A stretch of 56,994 nucleotides of DNA, from IMG/VR virus record IMGVR_UViG_3300037310_000048, positions 1 through 56,994 of that record, one strand, 5' to 3'. The translations under genes and the position numbers were made by a program. The DNA comes from a virus (taxonomy: Duplodnaviria; Caudoviricetes). Shown here piece by piece: positions 36,823-47,096 of this stretch (within the stretch, counting starts at the first letter, position 1; each line of letters opens with the position of its first letter). Under the pieces are notes generated by a model that was not told where the DNA came from, did no database searches, and worked only from the letters and a program-made list of their open reading frames with translations.

Positions 36823-38390
36823 CCCGGGAATCTCCCGTACTTAGCCGCCAGATAGGCGTCCACCTCGTCGAGATCGATCGCTCCCTGCCAGACGAGCACT
36901 TCCGCGAGGTCGCCGTTCATCGGGTTGACGCCGCCGTCGCTCGCCCCGAGCGTGAACCCGGACGTGCCCGCCGGGTCTGAGAGGTCGGCCGTCTCCGTCT
37001 CCTGCACTCCGTTCAGGCGGTGCAGCGAACCCGACGCCGCGAGCTGCGCGGACGAGAGGTTCCAGGCGTCCGCCACAACAGGTGTTGCGTGCGTCGCCGT
37101 CGTGGCCTCGGCACCGATGGTCTGCACGGCCGCCGCCCTGAACAGGCGCGCTCTGAACGCTGCTCCCGCCGCCCGGTCGAGGATTCCGGCGGTCCCCGCC
37201 ACCGTGAACGTCCGCCACACCGCCGCGATCGTGGTCGGGCTCGAGACGTTCGGCGCAGCGACAGGGGTCACCAGCACATCGTTAACCCCGTCGAACCTGA
37301 TCGCTGCCGACGACTCGAGGCGACGACGGGAGGCGATACGCTGGAACGTCGGCCTGTTCGCCACAACGGCCTGGACCGCCGGGGTGGCGCGTGAACCACG
37401 GTCGAACCACGACGCCACCGCAGCCCCTTGCGCGATCGTGGTGCTGCGTCGCCCGTCGACGTCTCCGGCGTCGAACCAGGCAATCGGAGAGCCGGGCGGA
37501 GTGGGCGTCTCCGTCTCCTGATCCTCCAACGCCAGCACGTAGGACGGCTCCAACTCGTCGAGGTCGAACGAGACGACCTTCGCGTTATTCACCCACCCGA
37601 GGACAGGCAGGAAGCTCGGCTTCTGGATCAGGTCGATCCCCGTCACCGCGCCGACCGCGATCGAAGCGTCGTCCCCGATCATGTCGCCGTCCACACGGAG
37701 CACCGGGAGCGCGCCCCACTTCGGGACCGTCGACGTTGGGGAGGTCCACGCCGCGAGCATCGAATCGGACGCCCGCCACGGAAGGATCACGAGATCGTCG
37801 ATCACCTCGTTCTGCACCACCAAGTCCTTCACCAGCTCGAGCACCCCGTCTCGCACTGTGAACAGGAGCCCGTCGCCCCCGGCCGCCCCCGGGAACCCGA
37901 ACAGAGTCGACGGAGCGCCACCCACATAGGCCGTCCCCTCAGACCGGAGGGCGTGCCCGATGAACGAGCCCGCCACGAGCCGGCGAACGATGATCGTCCA
38001 ATCTCGCCCGAGCTGCGCATCCCACGAGGCGGCCACGCCAGAGAACGCTTGCGGGATGGCCGCTAGGCCGCGCCCGTAAGCGCCCCACGAGCCCGGGAAG
38101 AACTGCAAGCCCGGGGAGAAACCGGGCCGTGGAAGAAGGCTTGTCGACGCCTCGGGTCCGCGAGCGAGATCGATCAAGTGACCTTCACCAGCAAGGATGT
38201 GCTCGAGCGCGCGCGCGGAGTCATGATCGAGGAAGCACGCCCGCGCGCTCCACGAGCGCCGGACGTGCCGGCGAGCGTCGCGCGCCTGCCCCCTGAACGA
38301 TCGCCCGCGACGCCCGGAGCGGATCACCTTCCGCGTCGGCGTGGAGTCGAACACCGGGACGGTCCACCCGTTGATGCGGAGGAACGCCAC
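36819..38390 (-). CDS. Distal-tail-like protein with C-terminal lectin-like domain, paralog 1
   Basis: MAFLRINGWTVPV; immediately after tape measure; AWFDAGD...FDGVNDVL...YLAAKYG. Confidence 0.65.
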   Translation of the reverse strand: MAFLRINGWTVPVFDSTPTRKVIRSGRRGRSFRGQARDARRHVRRSWSARACFLDHDSARALEHILAGEGHLIDLARGPEASTSLLPRPGFSPGLQFFPGSWGAYGRGLAAIPQAFSGVAASWDAQLGRDWTIIVRRLVAGSFIGHALRSEGTAYVGGAPSTLFGFPGAAGGDGLLFTVRDGVLELVKDLVVQNEVIDDLVILPWRASDSMLAAWTSPTSTVPKWGALPVLRVDGDMIGDDASIAVGAVTGIDLIQKPSFLPVLGWVNNAKVVSFDLDELEPSYVLALEDQETETPTPPGSPIAWFDAGDVDGRRSTTIAQGAAVASWFDRGSRATPAVQAVVANRPTFQRIASRRRLESSAAIRFDGVNDVLVTPVAAPNVSSPTTIAAVWRTFTVAGTAGILDRAAGAAFRARLFRAAAVQTIGAEATTATHATPVVADAWNLSSAQLAASGSLHRLNGVQETETADLSDPAGTSGFTLGASDGGVNPMNGDLAEVLVWQGAIDLDEVDAYLAAKYGRFPG

Positions 38391-38392
38391 GA

Positions 38393-41300
38393 TCAGAACC
38401 CTCGTCCACGACGTTGCCCGTCCGTCGAGCCCGTCGTTCCCCTAGTGCGGAAGCTCTCCTTCTCGGCGGCCTCCTTCACCTCGGCGACCAACTCGTCCAT
38501 GCTCGAGGCCGTGATGTAGACCTCTTCGATCGTGATCGGTGCTCCGCTGCCAGCCGCCGCGGGGGTGAGCACATCGGCCGCGACCGTCCCGCCGCCCATG
38601 TCATTGGCCACGATGGCGCGGAACCTGGCCGCTGCGACCTTGAAGCCCTGGGGCACGTTCAGCATTTCCTCGGCCATGTCCTTCTCTCGAGCAAGCAGGC
38701 GCCCACGAGCATCCGCTTCCTCAAATGACAGGTCGATCATGGCCGCAAGCGCCTCCTCCATCGCTGCGACGTCCGGCGTCATCGCCCCGGCCGCCTCCGC
38801 CACGTCACGCAGCCCGGCCGAGAGATCCTCCGCCGCCGTCCCCGTGCCCACCCGAGCGAACGCAGCATCGATCGCTTCGCTGAACGCCGCCGCCCCCGCC
38901 TCCGAGAGCATCCCGATCCCCGCGAGGAAGTCGCGCGCGCCCGTCAGGATGTAGGCGACCGCCGTGTTGAACCCGTCGGAGACGAGGTTGATCCCGTCCT
39001 GCAAAAACCCGAACGAGTCGATCAACCCCGCCATAGCCGATGCAGCTCCGGCGACCATCCCGAGAAGGAACTTCGCCAGGTGCCCGAACGCAACGAACAG
39101 CACGCCAAGCACGATTGCGCCGGCCTTGGCGACCTCAAACAGCACCCGAGCCACAACCTCCGTGTCGGCAAAGGCTGACGCAAGCGGGAGCACCACCGAG
39201 ACGAGCGCGTCGAACAGGCCGGCGAGCGCCATGAAGTGATCGAAGAACGGCTCGAGGGCGAGCACGACGCGATCGATCGACGCAGCGAAGGCGTCCTGCA
39301 GCGCCGCGAAGCTCTTGGTGGACGTCGCCAGCTTGGCGAAGAACAGGACGAGCGCCGCGCCCGTCGTCACCACCGCGGTCAGCGCCAGGACGGCCGCAGC
39401 GAGCGCCACGAACGGCGCCATGAGGATCGCCGCGACCGTCCCGAGGAACGCCACGAGCAGCGCGATCCCGAGATAGAGCGACCCGAGAACGACGGTCACC
39501 GGCAAGAACAGAACGGACAGGCCCGCGAACAGCGTCCCAAGGCTGAGGGCCGCCAACAGGAGCGCCCCTCCGAGGACAGCCGCCACAGGAGCAATCGCCA
39601 CCGCCAGGGCCGTGAAGGCGCCCACGAGCAGGAACGCGCCGATCGACGCCGGATCGAACGCTGCCTTCACGGCGTCCGTGAGCCGCTGATCGCCCGTCAC
39701 CTCCGCGAGCCCGCCGAAGAACTCTTGCAGGGCGCGCGGAACGGCCTGTGCTGCGTCCACGATGGCGCCCGCCACCGATGCGAGAGCGTCCGCGATCATC
39801 GGCGCAGCGGCCAACACGATCGCTCCGGCCGCCGCCCCGATGACGGCACCCATCGGGCCGCCGAGCAGGCCCGCCGCGCCTCCACTGGCCGCGCCAGCGG
39901 CCCCGCCCGCAACCGCGGCGCCGCCGCCTGCCGTCGCCGCTCCACCGCCGATGCCAAGGATCGGGCCGAAGAAGTCCAGACCGCCGCCGGCACCGATCAT
40001 TTGCCCGAGTGCGCCGGAGAGCTTCCCGAAATCGAGCTGTCCACCCGAGAGGAGATCGCCCAGGCCGTCCGCGATCGCCTTGGTGATCTCCCCTTTGTCC
40101 GCGTCCCCGAGCGCGATCCCGAGCGAGTCGACGATCTCGCCCACCCGCCCGGTGAGCAGGTCGCCGATGCCGGAGAACGACGGGCGGATCTGACCCTCGA
40201 CGTCCGAGAGCGACACGCCGAGCGCGTCGAGGTTCGGCACGAGCGCGGCGAGCCCGAGGTTGAACGAGCGGACGTCGGTCGCGCCCGCATTGAACTCGCG
40301 CACGAGGTCGAACGCCGTCGTCTTGGCGATCAGATCCATCGCCTCCGCGGTCGTCTCGGCGGACGCACCCACGGCCTTGAGCTTGTCGCGCGTGTCGTCC
40401 ATGTCGCGCGCCGCGTCGCCCATGATGGTCCCGAACGCTGCGAACGGAGCCGCTCCCTGCGCTGCCTTCTCGAGCTTCGACCGGAGATCCTCGAGCACCT
40501 CTTCAAGCTGTTGCGCCTTCTTGGCCGCCTTCTTGTCCACGCCCTCCGTCACCCCGGGAGCTGCGCCGATCGTGCCGAACCCTCCGGCCTTCTTCGCCTG
40601 CTCGGCGGATGCGAACAGGGAGTCGACGTCGATGCCCATGTCCTTGAGGATCAGCTTGAGCCCGTCTCCCACCGCGCCGAGCGCGTTCAGAGCCCCGTCC
40701 TTGATGGTCGAGCCGATCTCGAGCGCGCCGTCCTTCACGCCCGAGATCCACTCTTGCGTGAGCGAGTCGGAGAGGATGCCGCCGAGCGCCTCCTTCAGCT
40801 CGCCAGGGAAGCGCATGACCTGATCGGCGATCTTCTCGGGATCATCCAGCTTGAATTGGAACTGCCGCACGTCCACAGGGGCTTCAATCTGCGCCGCCAC
40901 CTCACGGAGCGCGCCCGTGTCGATCCCGAGCGAGGTCCGCACGCTCTCCGGCAGGACGTCGAGCGCGTCGGCGATCTTCTTCACGCCCGCCGCCGCCGTC
41001 TCGTACATCGTGTTGAGCACGTCCTCCCACCCGCCCACGAGCAGATCGAACAGGCGCAACGGAGCCGTGACGACGGTAAAGAACGCTCCCAGGACAGCGC
41101 GAACGCCGCTGTCGGTGGCCGACTTGATCGCCTCCCACGCCTGCGCCACCGCCTCGCGGATGCCGCCCCAATCCTCCTCCCACGCCTTCCTGGCGATCCC
41201 GATGATCGCCACGAGCCCACCCACGATCAGCACCACCTTGGCGACAACGATCAGGGCCGGGAGAGCTGCCGCGGAGATCGCCGCAAAGGCGGCGGTGGCG

Positions 41301-42319
41301 AGGGGGGCGAGCACGGACATCGCGGACGCGACGGAGCCCGCGGCCACAGCGAGCGCACCGAGCGCAGCGACGAGCCCGGCCGCGATGCCAGCGGCCACCC
41401 CCGCGTAGGTGATGAACTTCTGCACCGTTGGCGAGAGGCTCGTGAACCATTTCACCAGGCCGGTGATCTTCTCGACGATCGCCGTGACGGCAGGGAGCAG
41501 AGCTTGACCGATCGAGACAGCAGCGTTCTTGAGCGCACCCTGCATCGCCTTCAGGCTGTTGGCGAACCCGTCCGCCGTCCGCACCGCGTCACCCTGTGCG
41601 AGCTTAGTCCGCTCCATGATGAAGGCGTAGCGGAGAGCCTGTTTGCTCCCCTCGTCCATGTCCTTAACGTTCGTGCGGATCCCCTGCGAGAGCGCGAACG
41701 CCTGCAACGTGTTCTCGTTCATCAACACGCCGAACCGCTTGAGCGGCTCTGCCTCTCCCGAGAGGCCCGAACGAAGCGCGGCGAGCGCATCGTCGTCCGC
41801 GACGTTGAAGAACGATCCGAGATCGACCGCGAGCTGCGCGAGGTCCGTCGACATGCGCGCCGCCTCGCCACGCGACTTCGCCATCGGGGCGAGCATTGCT
41901 TGGAGCGTTCCAGCGAACATCCGCATGTCCTGGGTGGACCGCCCCATCGCGTCCCCGGTGTCCTTCGCCCACTTCTCCACGCTCGGCCCGAGGTCGCCGA
42001 ACGCCACCGAGATCACGTTGCTCGTCTCCTCGAAATCGCTCGCCTGCTTCACCGCGATCGCGCCGAGCCCCGCGAGCGCAGCAGAGGCAACGCCAGCCTG
42101 GACCGCGACCTGACCGCCGAAGTCCTTCAGCGCCGAGAACTTCGATGCGTTCTTGCTGGCCCTCTCGATGCTCGACGAGAGCTTCTCGAGAGCCGACCCG
42201 GCCTTGCCGGCCGCCGACGGGATCACGTTCAGGACGGCCGCAGCCTTCGCGATCGCCGCCGTGAAGGCGGACGCGTTCGCCTCGAGCACGACGCGAACCG
42301 TTCCGGCTGTGATCGGCAC
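38393..42319 (-). CDS. Tape measure protein
   Basis: 1308 aa Ala/Gly-rich, LAVDLGSFFN...SGEAEPLKRFG, hydrophobic segments, after chaperones. Confidence 0.92.
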   Translation of the reverse strand: MPITAGTVRVVLEANASAFTAAIAKAAAVLNVIPSAAGKAGSALEKLSSSIERASKNASKFSALKDFGGQVAVQAGVASAALAGLGAIAVKQASDFEETSNVISVAFGDLGPSVEKWAKDTGDAMGRSTQDMRMFAGTLQAMLAPMAKSRGEAARMSTDLAQLAVDLGSFFNVADDDALAALRSGLSGEAEPLKRFGVLMNENTLQAFALSQGIRTNVKDMDEGSKQALRYAFIMERTKLAQGDAVRTADGFANSLKAMQGALKNAAVSIGQALLPAVTAIVEKITGLVKWFTSLSPTVQKFITYAGVAAGIAAGLVAALGALAVAAGSVASAMSVLAPLATAAFAAISAAALPALIVVAKVVLIVGGLVAIIGIARKAWEEDWGGIREAVAQAWEAIKSATDSGVRAVLGAFFTVVTAPLRLFDLLVGGWEDVLNTMYETAAAGVKKIADALDVLPESVRTSLGIDTGALREVAAQIEAPVDVRQFQFKLDDPEKIADQVMRFPGELKEALGGILSDSLTQEWISGVKDGALEIGSTIKDGALNALGAVGDGLKLILKDMGIDVDSLFASAEQAKKAGGFGTIGAAPGVTEGVDKKAAKKAQQLEEVLEDLRSKLEKAAQGAAPFAAFGTIMGDAARDMDDTRDKLKAVGASAETTAEAMDLIAKTTAFDLVREFNAGATDVRSFNLGLAALVPNLDALGVSLSDVEGQIRPSFSGIGDLLTGRVGEIVDSLGIALGDADKGEITKAIADGLGDLLSGGQLDFGKLSGALGQMIGAGGGLDFFGPILGIGGGAATAGGGAAVAGGAAGAASGGAAGLLGGPMGAVIGAAAGAIVLAAAPMIADALASVAGAIVDAAQAVPRALQEFFGGLAEVTGDQRLTDAVKAAFDPASIGAFLLVGAFTALAVAIAPVAAVLGGALLLAALSLGTLFAGLSVLFLPVTVVLGSLYLGIALLVAFLGTVAAILMAPFVALAAAVLALTAVVTTGAALVLFFAKLATSTKSFAALQDAFAASIDRVVLALEPFFDHFMALAGLFDALVSVVLPLASAFADTEVVARVLFEVAKAGAIVLGVLFVAFGHLAKFLLGMVAGAASAMAGLIDSFGFLQDGINLVSDGFNTAVAYILTGARDFLAGIGMLSEAGAAAFSEAIDAAFARVGTGTAAEDLSAGLRDVAEAAGAMTPDVAAMEEALAAMIDLSFEEADARGRLLAREKDMAEEMLNVPQGFKVAAARFRAIVANDMGGGTVAADVLTPAAAGSGAPITIEEVYITASSMDELVAEVKEAAEKESFRTRGTTGSTDGQRRGRGF

Positions 42320-42322
42320 GCG

Positions 42323-42778
42323 CTACTCCTCCGGCTCTCCGAGCAACGAGAGCATTCTACGGCCCTCCGCGCCGGACCAGAAGCGTTCTTGATCTTCGCG
42401 CTCTACTCGAGCACGCACCCGTCGCTTGAGGGCCTCCATGCGTGCTTTCGGATCGGAGCCCGTGCCCTCCTCCACCCGCTCGATCGCGGTGTCGTCCGTG
42501 TCCGCCCGGCGTCTCCGGGTGGAGCGTGGAAGCAGGGTGTCCGGCCGCACCCGAGGCTTCCCGCGTGGGATGTGGATGTTGATCAGGTTCGCCTGAACCC
42601 AGGCGAGTACCTCGAGCAGCCAATCGTCCCGGTCGCGCTGCCCCTGCGCGTACAGTTCGATCTCGCGGAAGGTCATCCCGTAGACCTGATCCGGGGTGAG
42701 CCCGACGGAGGCCGCCACGCGAAGGATCTCGTCCCTCTCGTGAGCGACCGCGAGCCGTCGAGCTAGCGGGCCTTTCCC
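42323..42778 (-). CDS. Tail assembly chaperone gpT part (via -1 frameshift)
   Basis: -1 frame from GGGAAAG is open into MAASVGLTPDQVYGMTFREI. Confidence 0.8.
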   Translation of the reverse strand, partial: GKGPLARRLAVAHERDEILRVAASVGLTPDQVYGMTFREIELYAQGQRDRDDWLLEVLAWVQANLINIHIPRGKPRVRPDTLLPRSTRRRRADTDDTAIERVEEGTGSDPKARMEALKRRVRARVEREDQERFWSGAEGRRMLSLLGEPEE

Positions 42779-43155
42779 TCGGAAGCCGCCTCCGACGATG
42801 TTCCGAACGCCTCGTCGAGCGCACGGACCATCTTGTCCGCCTCCGCCTTCGACTTGCCACGAGCGACCGCGTAGAGAACGTCCTTCTGGAACTGCTCACG
42901 ATCGAGATGTTCCGCGTCGTCGAGCCACTGTGCGACCTTGCCGGGCGTGAGCTTCAGCCCTCGATCGTAGGAGAGCCCGGACAGCACCGCGTCGATCAGA
43001 AACTTGGTCTGCCCGCCACCACGCGCCAGATACGCGAGGGGATCCGACCCAAGGCGGTCCTCGAGAACCATCGACTCCTGCGCACGGAACCGGAGCGTCC
43101 GGGTCTGCTCGCCCAGGTGAACGTCCAACTCGCCCCGATCAGCGTTCGCCGCCAT
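42763..43155 (-). CDS. Tail assembly chaperone (gpG-like)
   Basis: Between tail tube and tape measure; GGAGG RBS. Confidence 0.8.
   Translation of the reverse strand: MAANADRGELDVHLGEQTRTLRFRAQESMVLEDRLGSDPLAYLARGGGQTKFLIDAVLSGLSYDRGLKLTPGKVAQWLDDAEHLDREQFQKDVLYAVARGKSKAEADKMVRALDEAFGTSSEAASEGKAR
42772..42778 (-). other. Programmed -1 frameshift slippery site GGGAAAG
   Basis: G GGA AAG shortly before the gpG stop; same heptamer as lambda G/T. Confidence 0.85.
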
Positions 43156-43219
43156 GCTTGCCTCCTGCACTTTCGGTGCACATGGAAGCTACACGACGAA
43201 CGCCGATCAGAGCAACGGC

Positions 43220-43639
43220 CTACTGCGTGGTCAGCGTGACGCCGGAGCCGCGCAGCGAGACGTCCACGGCGCCCGTGTCGTCCAGGGGACCGGACGGGCT
43301 GAACGAGGTCGCGAAGGCCACGCCTTCGAACTTCTTGCGCTGCGGAGCCGTCTCCATCGTGAAGTCGAACGGGAACACCGTCTTGGCGAACACGGCGCCA
43401 AGGACGATCTCTTGCCCCGGGTCGCCATCGAGCCACCGGGCGCTGATGTCGAACGTCACGTCGGAGTGGTTCGGCAGGTATTCCCGCACACCGTTGCTGT
43501 CGTGCGTGGTGCACTCCAGCTCGTCGATGTTCAGGTTCAGCGTCACGTCGACGATGCCGCCGAAGTTTTCGAACGTCAGGCCGCCGTCCGGGCTCACCCT
43601 GACCTTGGCGAGCCGTCCGGGGATGCACATTCCGGGCAT
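43220..43639 (-). CDS. Major tail tube protein
   Basis: IDELECTTHDSNGVREYL...FATSFSPSGPLDD...VSLRGSG. Confidence 0.85.
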   Translation of the reverse strand: MPGMCIPGRLAKVRVSPDGGLTFENFGGIVDVTLNLNIDELECTTHDSNGVREYLPNHSDVTFDISARWLDGDPGQEIVLGAVFAKTVFPFDFTMETAPQRKKFEGVAFATSFSPSGPLDDTGAVDVSLRGSGVTLTTQ

Positions 43640-43697
43640 GGAATCCTCCTAGGGGGAAGGGTGAAGACGGCCTCTCAGAGTCCGCCGAGGGATGGGA

Positions 43698-44060
43698 TCA
43701 GCGCAGCTTGCGGAGGCGGATCACGCCGATCTTCACCGAGGCGGTCGCCGACAGGGTGAACGTTGTCTTGCCGCCGCCGTTGAACATGGCGGGGTTGAGC
43801 AGGGAGTAGATCCCGATCTTGCCGGCCGGGACGATGTTCGCCACGTCGCCGACACCGGCACCGCCCCGCGAGTACGGGTCGGGCTGGCCCTTGACGGTCG
43901 CCGTGACGGGGCCGCCACCGCCGTTGCTCACGACGAGCACGAGGTTGCCGTCGTTGAAGAAGTCGTTGGTCAGGTCCACCGCGGCGGCCAGGGCGGCGTC
44001 CAGATCGGTGATCGCCTCGCCGAAGTCGTCGAGGGTGTTCGCGGGGTTGAGAGTCGCCAT
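43698..44060 (-). CDS. Hypothetical structural protein
   Basis: GAGGAGG RBS, within neck/tail module. Confidence 0.65.
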   Translation of the reverse strand: MATLNPANTLDDFGEAITDLDAALAAAVDLTNDFFNDGNLVLVVSNGGGGPVTATVKGQPDPYSRGGAGVGDVANIVPAGKIGIYSLLNPAMFNGGGKTTFTLSATASVKIGVIRLRKLR

Positions 44061-44086
44061 GTTCTGTCCTCCTCTTGCTGTGATGC

Positions 44087-44521
44087 TCAGACGGTGGAAC
44101 GTCGAAGCCCCACGTTGATGATCCACTCGTGGTGGTTCTGCTCATCCTCGCGCAGATAGCTCGGACCACCCGAGAACGCCCGCGCTTCGAAGTACCCCGC
44201 CGGGGGCTTGAGGTTGATCGCCTCATAGGCGCCCTGCGCCAGCTCCCGGCCAGTATCGTAGTCCCGAGGGGGCGAGCGAACGACGATCTGCACCGTCGGC
44301 CGTTCCTCTTCGCCTTTCGCGCCGCCATCCACGAACGGGATCGAGACGAACCCGCCCGTCGGCACCACGAAGATGCAGCGAGACGGGATGGCGCCAGGGA
44401 CCGACGTGTTCTTCGACACCGGACGCACCGGCCCGGGGCGAACGTCGTCCGCCGTGACGCCCCACGGAGGGCCGGCGAGAGCCGATGCGAGGTGGCCCGC
44501 GACGTCGGATTCGACACTCAC
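44087..44521 (-). CDS. Tail terminator-like protein
   Basis: PTVQIVVRS...PSYLREDEQNHHEWIIN; position. Confidence 0.7.
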   Translation of the reverse strand: MSVESDVAGHLASALAGPPWGVTADDVRPGPVRPVSKNTSVPGAIPSRCIFVVPTGGFVSIPFVDGGAKGEEERPTVQIVVRSPPRDYDTGRELAQGAYEAINLKPPAGYFEARAFSGGPSYLREDEQNHHEWIINVGLRRSTV

Positions 44522-44904
44522 ACGGCCTCCTTCATGGCCGCGGCGGCTTCACGGGCAACCGTCTCGGTCATCTGCGGCTCGAGGCGCTTGAACGGGTCCT
44601 CGAGATACTTCCACTTCCCGTTGCTGAGAGGTCCACGCGGGACCTCGTGCACGATCGCCGCGTAGGGCGCCGTGTATTCGATCTCGCCGTGCACCGGAGT
44701 CGTCTGCTTCACCGCAATCCGCATGGACCCGGCCAGGCGGCCCGTCTTGCGCGGGACCTCGGCTTGGCTCTCCGCGCCCACAGCCTCGAGCCACACCCGG
44801 ACGCCACGGATCACGCCCATGTGGACGCCGCGCCCGAGAGCACCGAACGTCTTGACCGTCTCGTCCACGCCGAACACACGGGTCTGGAAGCGAACGCTTT
44901 TCAT
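44518..44904 (-). CDS. HK97 gp10-like neck protein
   Basis: VPRKTGRLAGS, YTAPYAAIVHE, KYLEDP. Confidence 0.75.
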   Translation of the reverse strand: MKSVRFQTRVFGVDETVKTFGALGRGVHMGVIRGVRVWLEAVGAESQAEVPRKTGRLAGSMRIAVKQTTPVHGEIEYTAPYAAIVHEVPRGPLSNGKWKYLEDPFKRLEPQMTETVAREAAAAMKEAV

Positions 44905-45260
44905 AGCGTCACCTCGTAGTGCGAGAGCGCGTTCGTGAGGGGGTCCTTGTACGAGGTGACGTTCTCCGGCCTGCGCGAGAACGTCTCGTCGGTGTCGGGC
45001 TCGTCCTCGAGCCAGAACCGATCATCCGGCGAGATCGTCCCGAGCGCCGACGGGGCGACGTCCCGCACGTCCAGCACGACGAGGTGCCGCGTGCGACGCT
45101 CCGTGCCCGCAGGTGCCCCGGCGTTGTCCCGGCGCACCTCGACGTAGGCCGGGAGCGTGACCGCAGACCCGAGCACCTCGGAGCCGGCAGGACTGAACGA
45201 GGTGACGCGCTTCACGGTCACCGTCGAGTTGAGCAGAGCGCGAAGGGCGGTGTCCATCAC
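44901..45260 (-). CDS. Head closure protein
   Basis: Position and beta-rich pattern ending HYEVTL. Confidence 0.65.
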   Translation of the reverse strand: MMDTALRALLNSTVTVKRVTSFSPAGSEVLGSAVTLPAYVEVRRDNAGAPAGTERRTRHLVVLDVRDVAPSALGTISPDDRFWLEDEPDTDETFSRRPENVTSYKDPLTNALSHYEVTL

Positions 45261-45724
45261 GGACCCCCCTCGAGATCCTCGGATTCCGTGAAGGTCCCCG
45301 GATGATCGTCGCGCCCGAGTCGGAAGCTCGGTTGGATCGCGTCCGTGTCGTCCGCGAGCTGCTCCCGCTCCACGCGGGAGATCCCGCCGACGAACATCGG
45401 GTCGAGCGTCGCAACTCCCGTGCCGTCCCCGCCGCCGATGGAGCCGCCGGCTTGACGGAGGTTGTGCGCCAGGAGCTTGTAGTGCGCCATGAGGTCGGCG
45501 CCGCTGACCGAGGTCTGGCCGATCGTGATGTTCGGGCGAGCCGCGAAGCGCCCCGCGAGGCTCTCCGCGATGGCAGCCGCCGCGAACGTCTCGATCGGCT
45601 GAACCGAGAGGATGAAGGTGATCTCCTCGTTCTCGACGAGGTGCCCCACGTCCACGACGTCGCCGATCAGGAACCGCACGCGGTCCAGCGACGTTGCCAG
45701 GGTGGGGGAGTAGGTGAAGCTCAC
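45257..45724 (-). CDS. Head-tail adaptor
   Basis: LDRVRFLIGD...NEEI...AAAIAESLAGRFA. Confidence 0.72.
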   Translation of the reverse strand: MSFTYSPTLATSLDRVRFLIGDVVDVGHLVENEEITFILSVQPIETFAAAAIAESLAGRFAARPNITIGQTSVSGADLMAHYKLLAHNLRQAGGSIGGGDGTGVATLDPMFVGGISRVEREQLADDTDAIQPSFRLGRDDHPGTFTESEDLEGGP

Positions 45725-46104
45725 GGGCTCACCGAAGCGATCGCCGCCGCCCGGAGAAGGAGCAGCTCGTCCTTGGTCGCGCCCGACGGGACGGACACAC
45801 CCGCGGCCTCGAGCGCGTCCTTGATCGCTTGCTTCTTGGTCCCGGTGCCGAGCGCATACAGCCCCTCGAGCGCAGAGGTCTTGCGCTTCGCGCTCGAGGG
45901 GTCACGAACCACGGCCAGGTAGCCGCGCTTGACGTGCGTGCGAAGGACACCCTCCGACCACGCCTTCGCCCTCTCTGTCACGTCCGCCCCGGGCTCGAGC
46001 GTCTCGCCGTCCGCGGGAAGTGCGCGCGTGACGACGAAACGGAGCCCCGCCGGGTCTGCGAGGACCCGGGCGAGCTGACGGACGGAGAGGATGCGGCGAG
46101 TCAT
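45721..46104 (-). CDS. Hypothetical protein with C-terminal HeH-like motif
   Basis: IKDALEAAGVSVPSGATKDELL, directly after major capsid gene. Confidence 0.6.
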   Translation of the reverse strand: MTRRILSVRQLARVLADPAGLRFVVTRALPADGETLEPGADVTERAKAWSEGVLRTHVKRGYLAVVRDPSSAKRKTSALEGLYALGTGTKKQAIKDALEAAGVSVPSGATKDELLLLRAAAIASVSP

Positions 46105-46115
46105 GGCGTCAGGCG

Positions 46116-47096
46116 CTAGGCCACCGCCGCCGAGAAGAACACACCGAGGATGGACGAGACGACCTTCTGATCCCAGGCGCTCTCGCCCTGGATCTGATCG
46201 CTGTCCCGCACGTCACGGCGGAACCGCTTCATGCGGACGCCCGTCCCCTGCGCACCCGTGAGGCCGGTCCACGCGAACGTGTAGCCCGCGCTCGGCATGT
46301 CGATGCCCGCCGCCGGGGGTGAGTACGTGAGCAGGGCGCTCTTGCCGTGGATGTACGCCATCGTGGCCGTAGCACCCTCCGCCGCCGTGTTGTTCACGGA
46401 CATGGGCACGACCACCTCGCCGATGCCGAGCACAGAGGCCATGAGCTGTTCGTTCAGGATCGACGCCTGGACCTGCTCGAACCGCTCGATGAACTTCGGG
46501 TGGTCGAGGAGCTTCAGGAACACCTCGGCCCCGACCGTGAGCTTCATGCGCAGCGGGTTCACGCCGAGCTTCGCCATGTGGAAGATCTGCGCGCGAATGT
46601 CGGTCACGGGATCCGACGCCGCGTAGTTGCTCCACACCGTGAAGTCGACGCCGCCCACGAGATCCGCCGCCGTGGTGGAGCCGGTCCACACGCCGGTTGT
46701 GAAGTACTTGGTCGCCCAGTCCTTCTCGCGGCGGATGAGCAGCTTCCGCATGACGTCTTCGGTCTTGGTCCGGTCGAGGTCGATCACCTCGTCCTGATTC
46801 GCGCGCTCCTGATCCGAGATCAGGTGCGCGAACTTGTAGACCTTCGCGTTGTAGTTGTCGGTCGAGAGGCGCAGCGCACCGATCGGGGCCTCACCACCGG
46901 GGCCGACCTCGCGCGCTTCATCGCGGTGGAAGTCCGCGCGATCCCAGATGTAGTAGGAGTCGCTCTGCTTCGCGACCGGCACGGTGGGGAACACCCGACC
47001 GGCCACGAAGTTGCGCTCCTCCTGCATGAAGGCGATCGCGATGTTGGTGAGCGGGCGGTTGACGTGAACGTCGCCCGGAGTGGGAAGGCTCGGCAT
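46116..47096 (-). CDS. Major capsid protein
   Basis: LTNIAIAF...VFPTVPVAKQS...WSNYAASDPVTDI...PSAGYTFAW; AAGGAG RBS. Confidence 0.88.
   Translation of the reverse strand: MPSLPTPGDVHVNRPLTNIAIAFMQEERNFVAGRVFPTVPVAKQSDSYYIWDRADFHRDEAREVGPGGEAPIGALRLSTDNYNAKVYKFAHLISDQERANQDEVIDLDRTKTEDVMRKLLIRREKDWATKYFTTGVWTGSTTAADLVGGVDFTVWSNYAASDPVTDIRAQIFHMAKLGVNPLRMKLTVGAEVFLKLLDHPKFIERFEQVQASILNEQLMASVLGIGEVVVPMSVNNTAAEGATATMAYIHGKSALLTYSPPAAGIDMPSAGYTFAWTGLTGAQGTGVRMKRFRRDVRDSDQIQGESAWDQKVVSSILGVFFSAAVA

Noticed and set aside
39236-42766. 1176-aa plus-strand ORF and many other long antisense ORFs (e.g. 31464..33089, 17602..19227, 33550..34935)
   Set aside because: Shadow ORFs opposite real genes, expected in high-GC DNA; Arg-rich, no motifs
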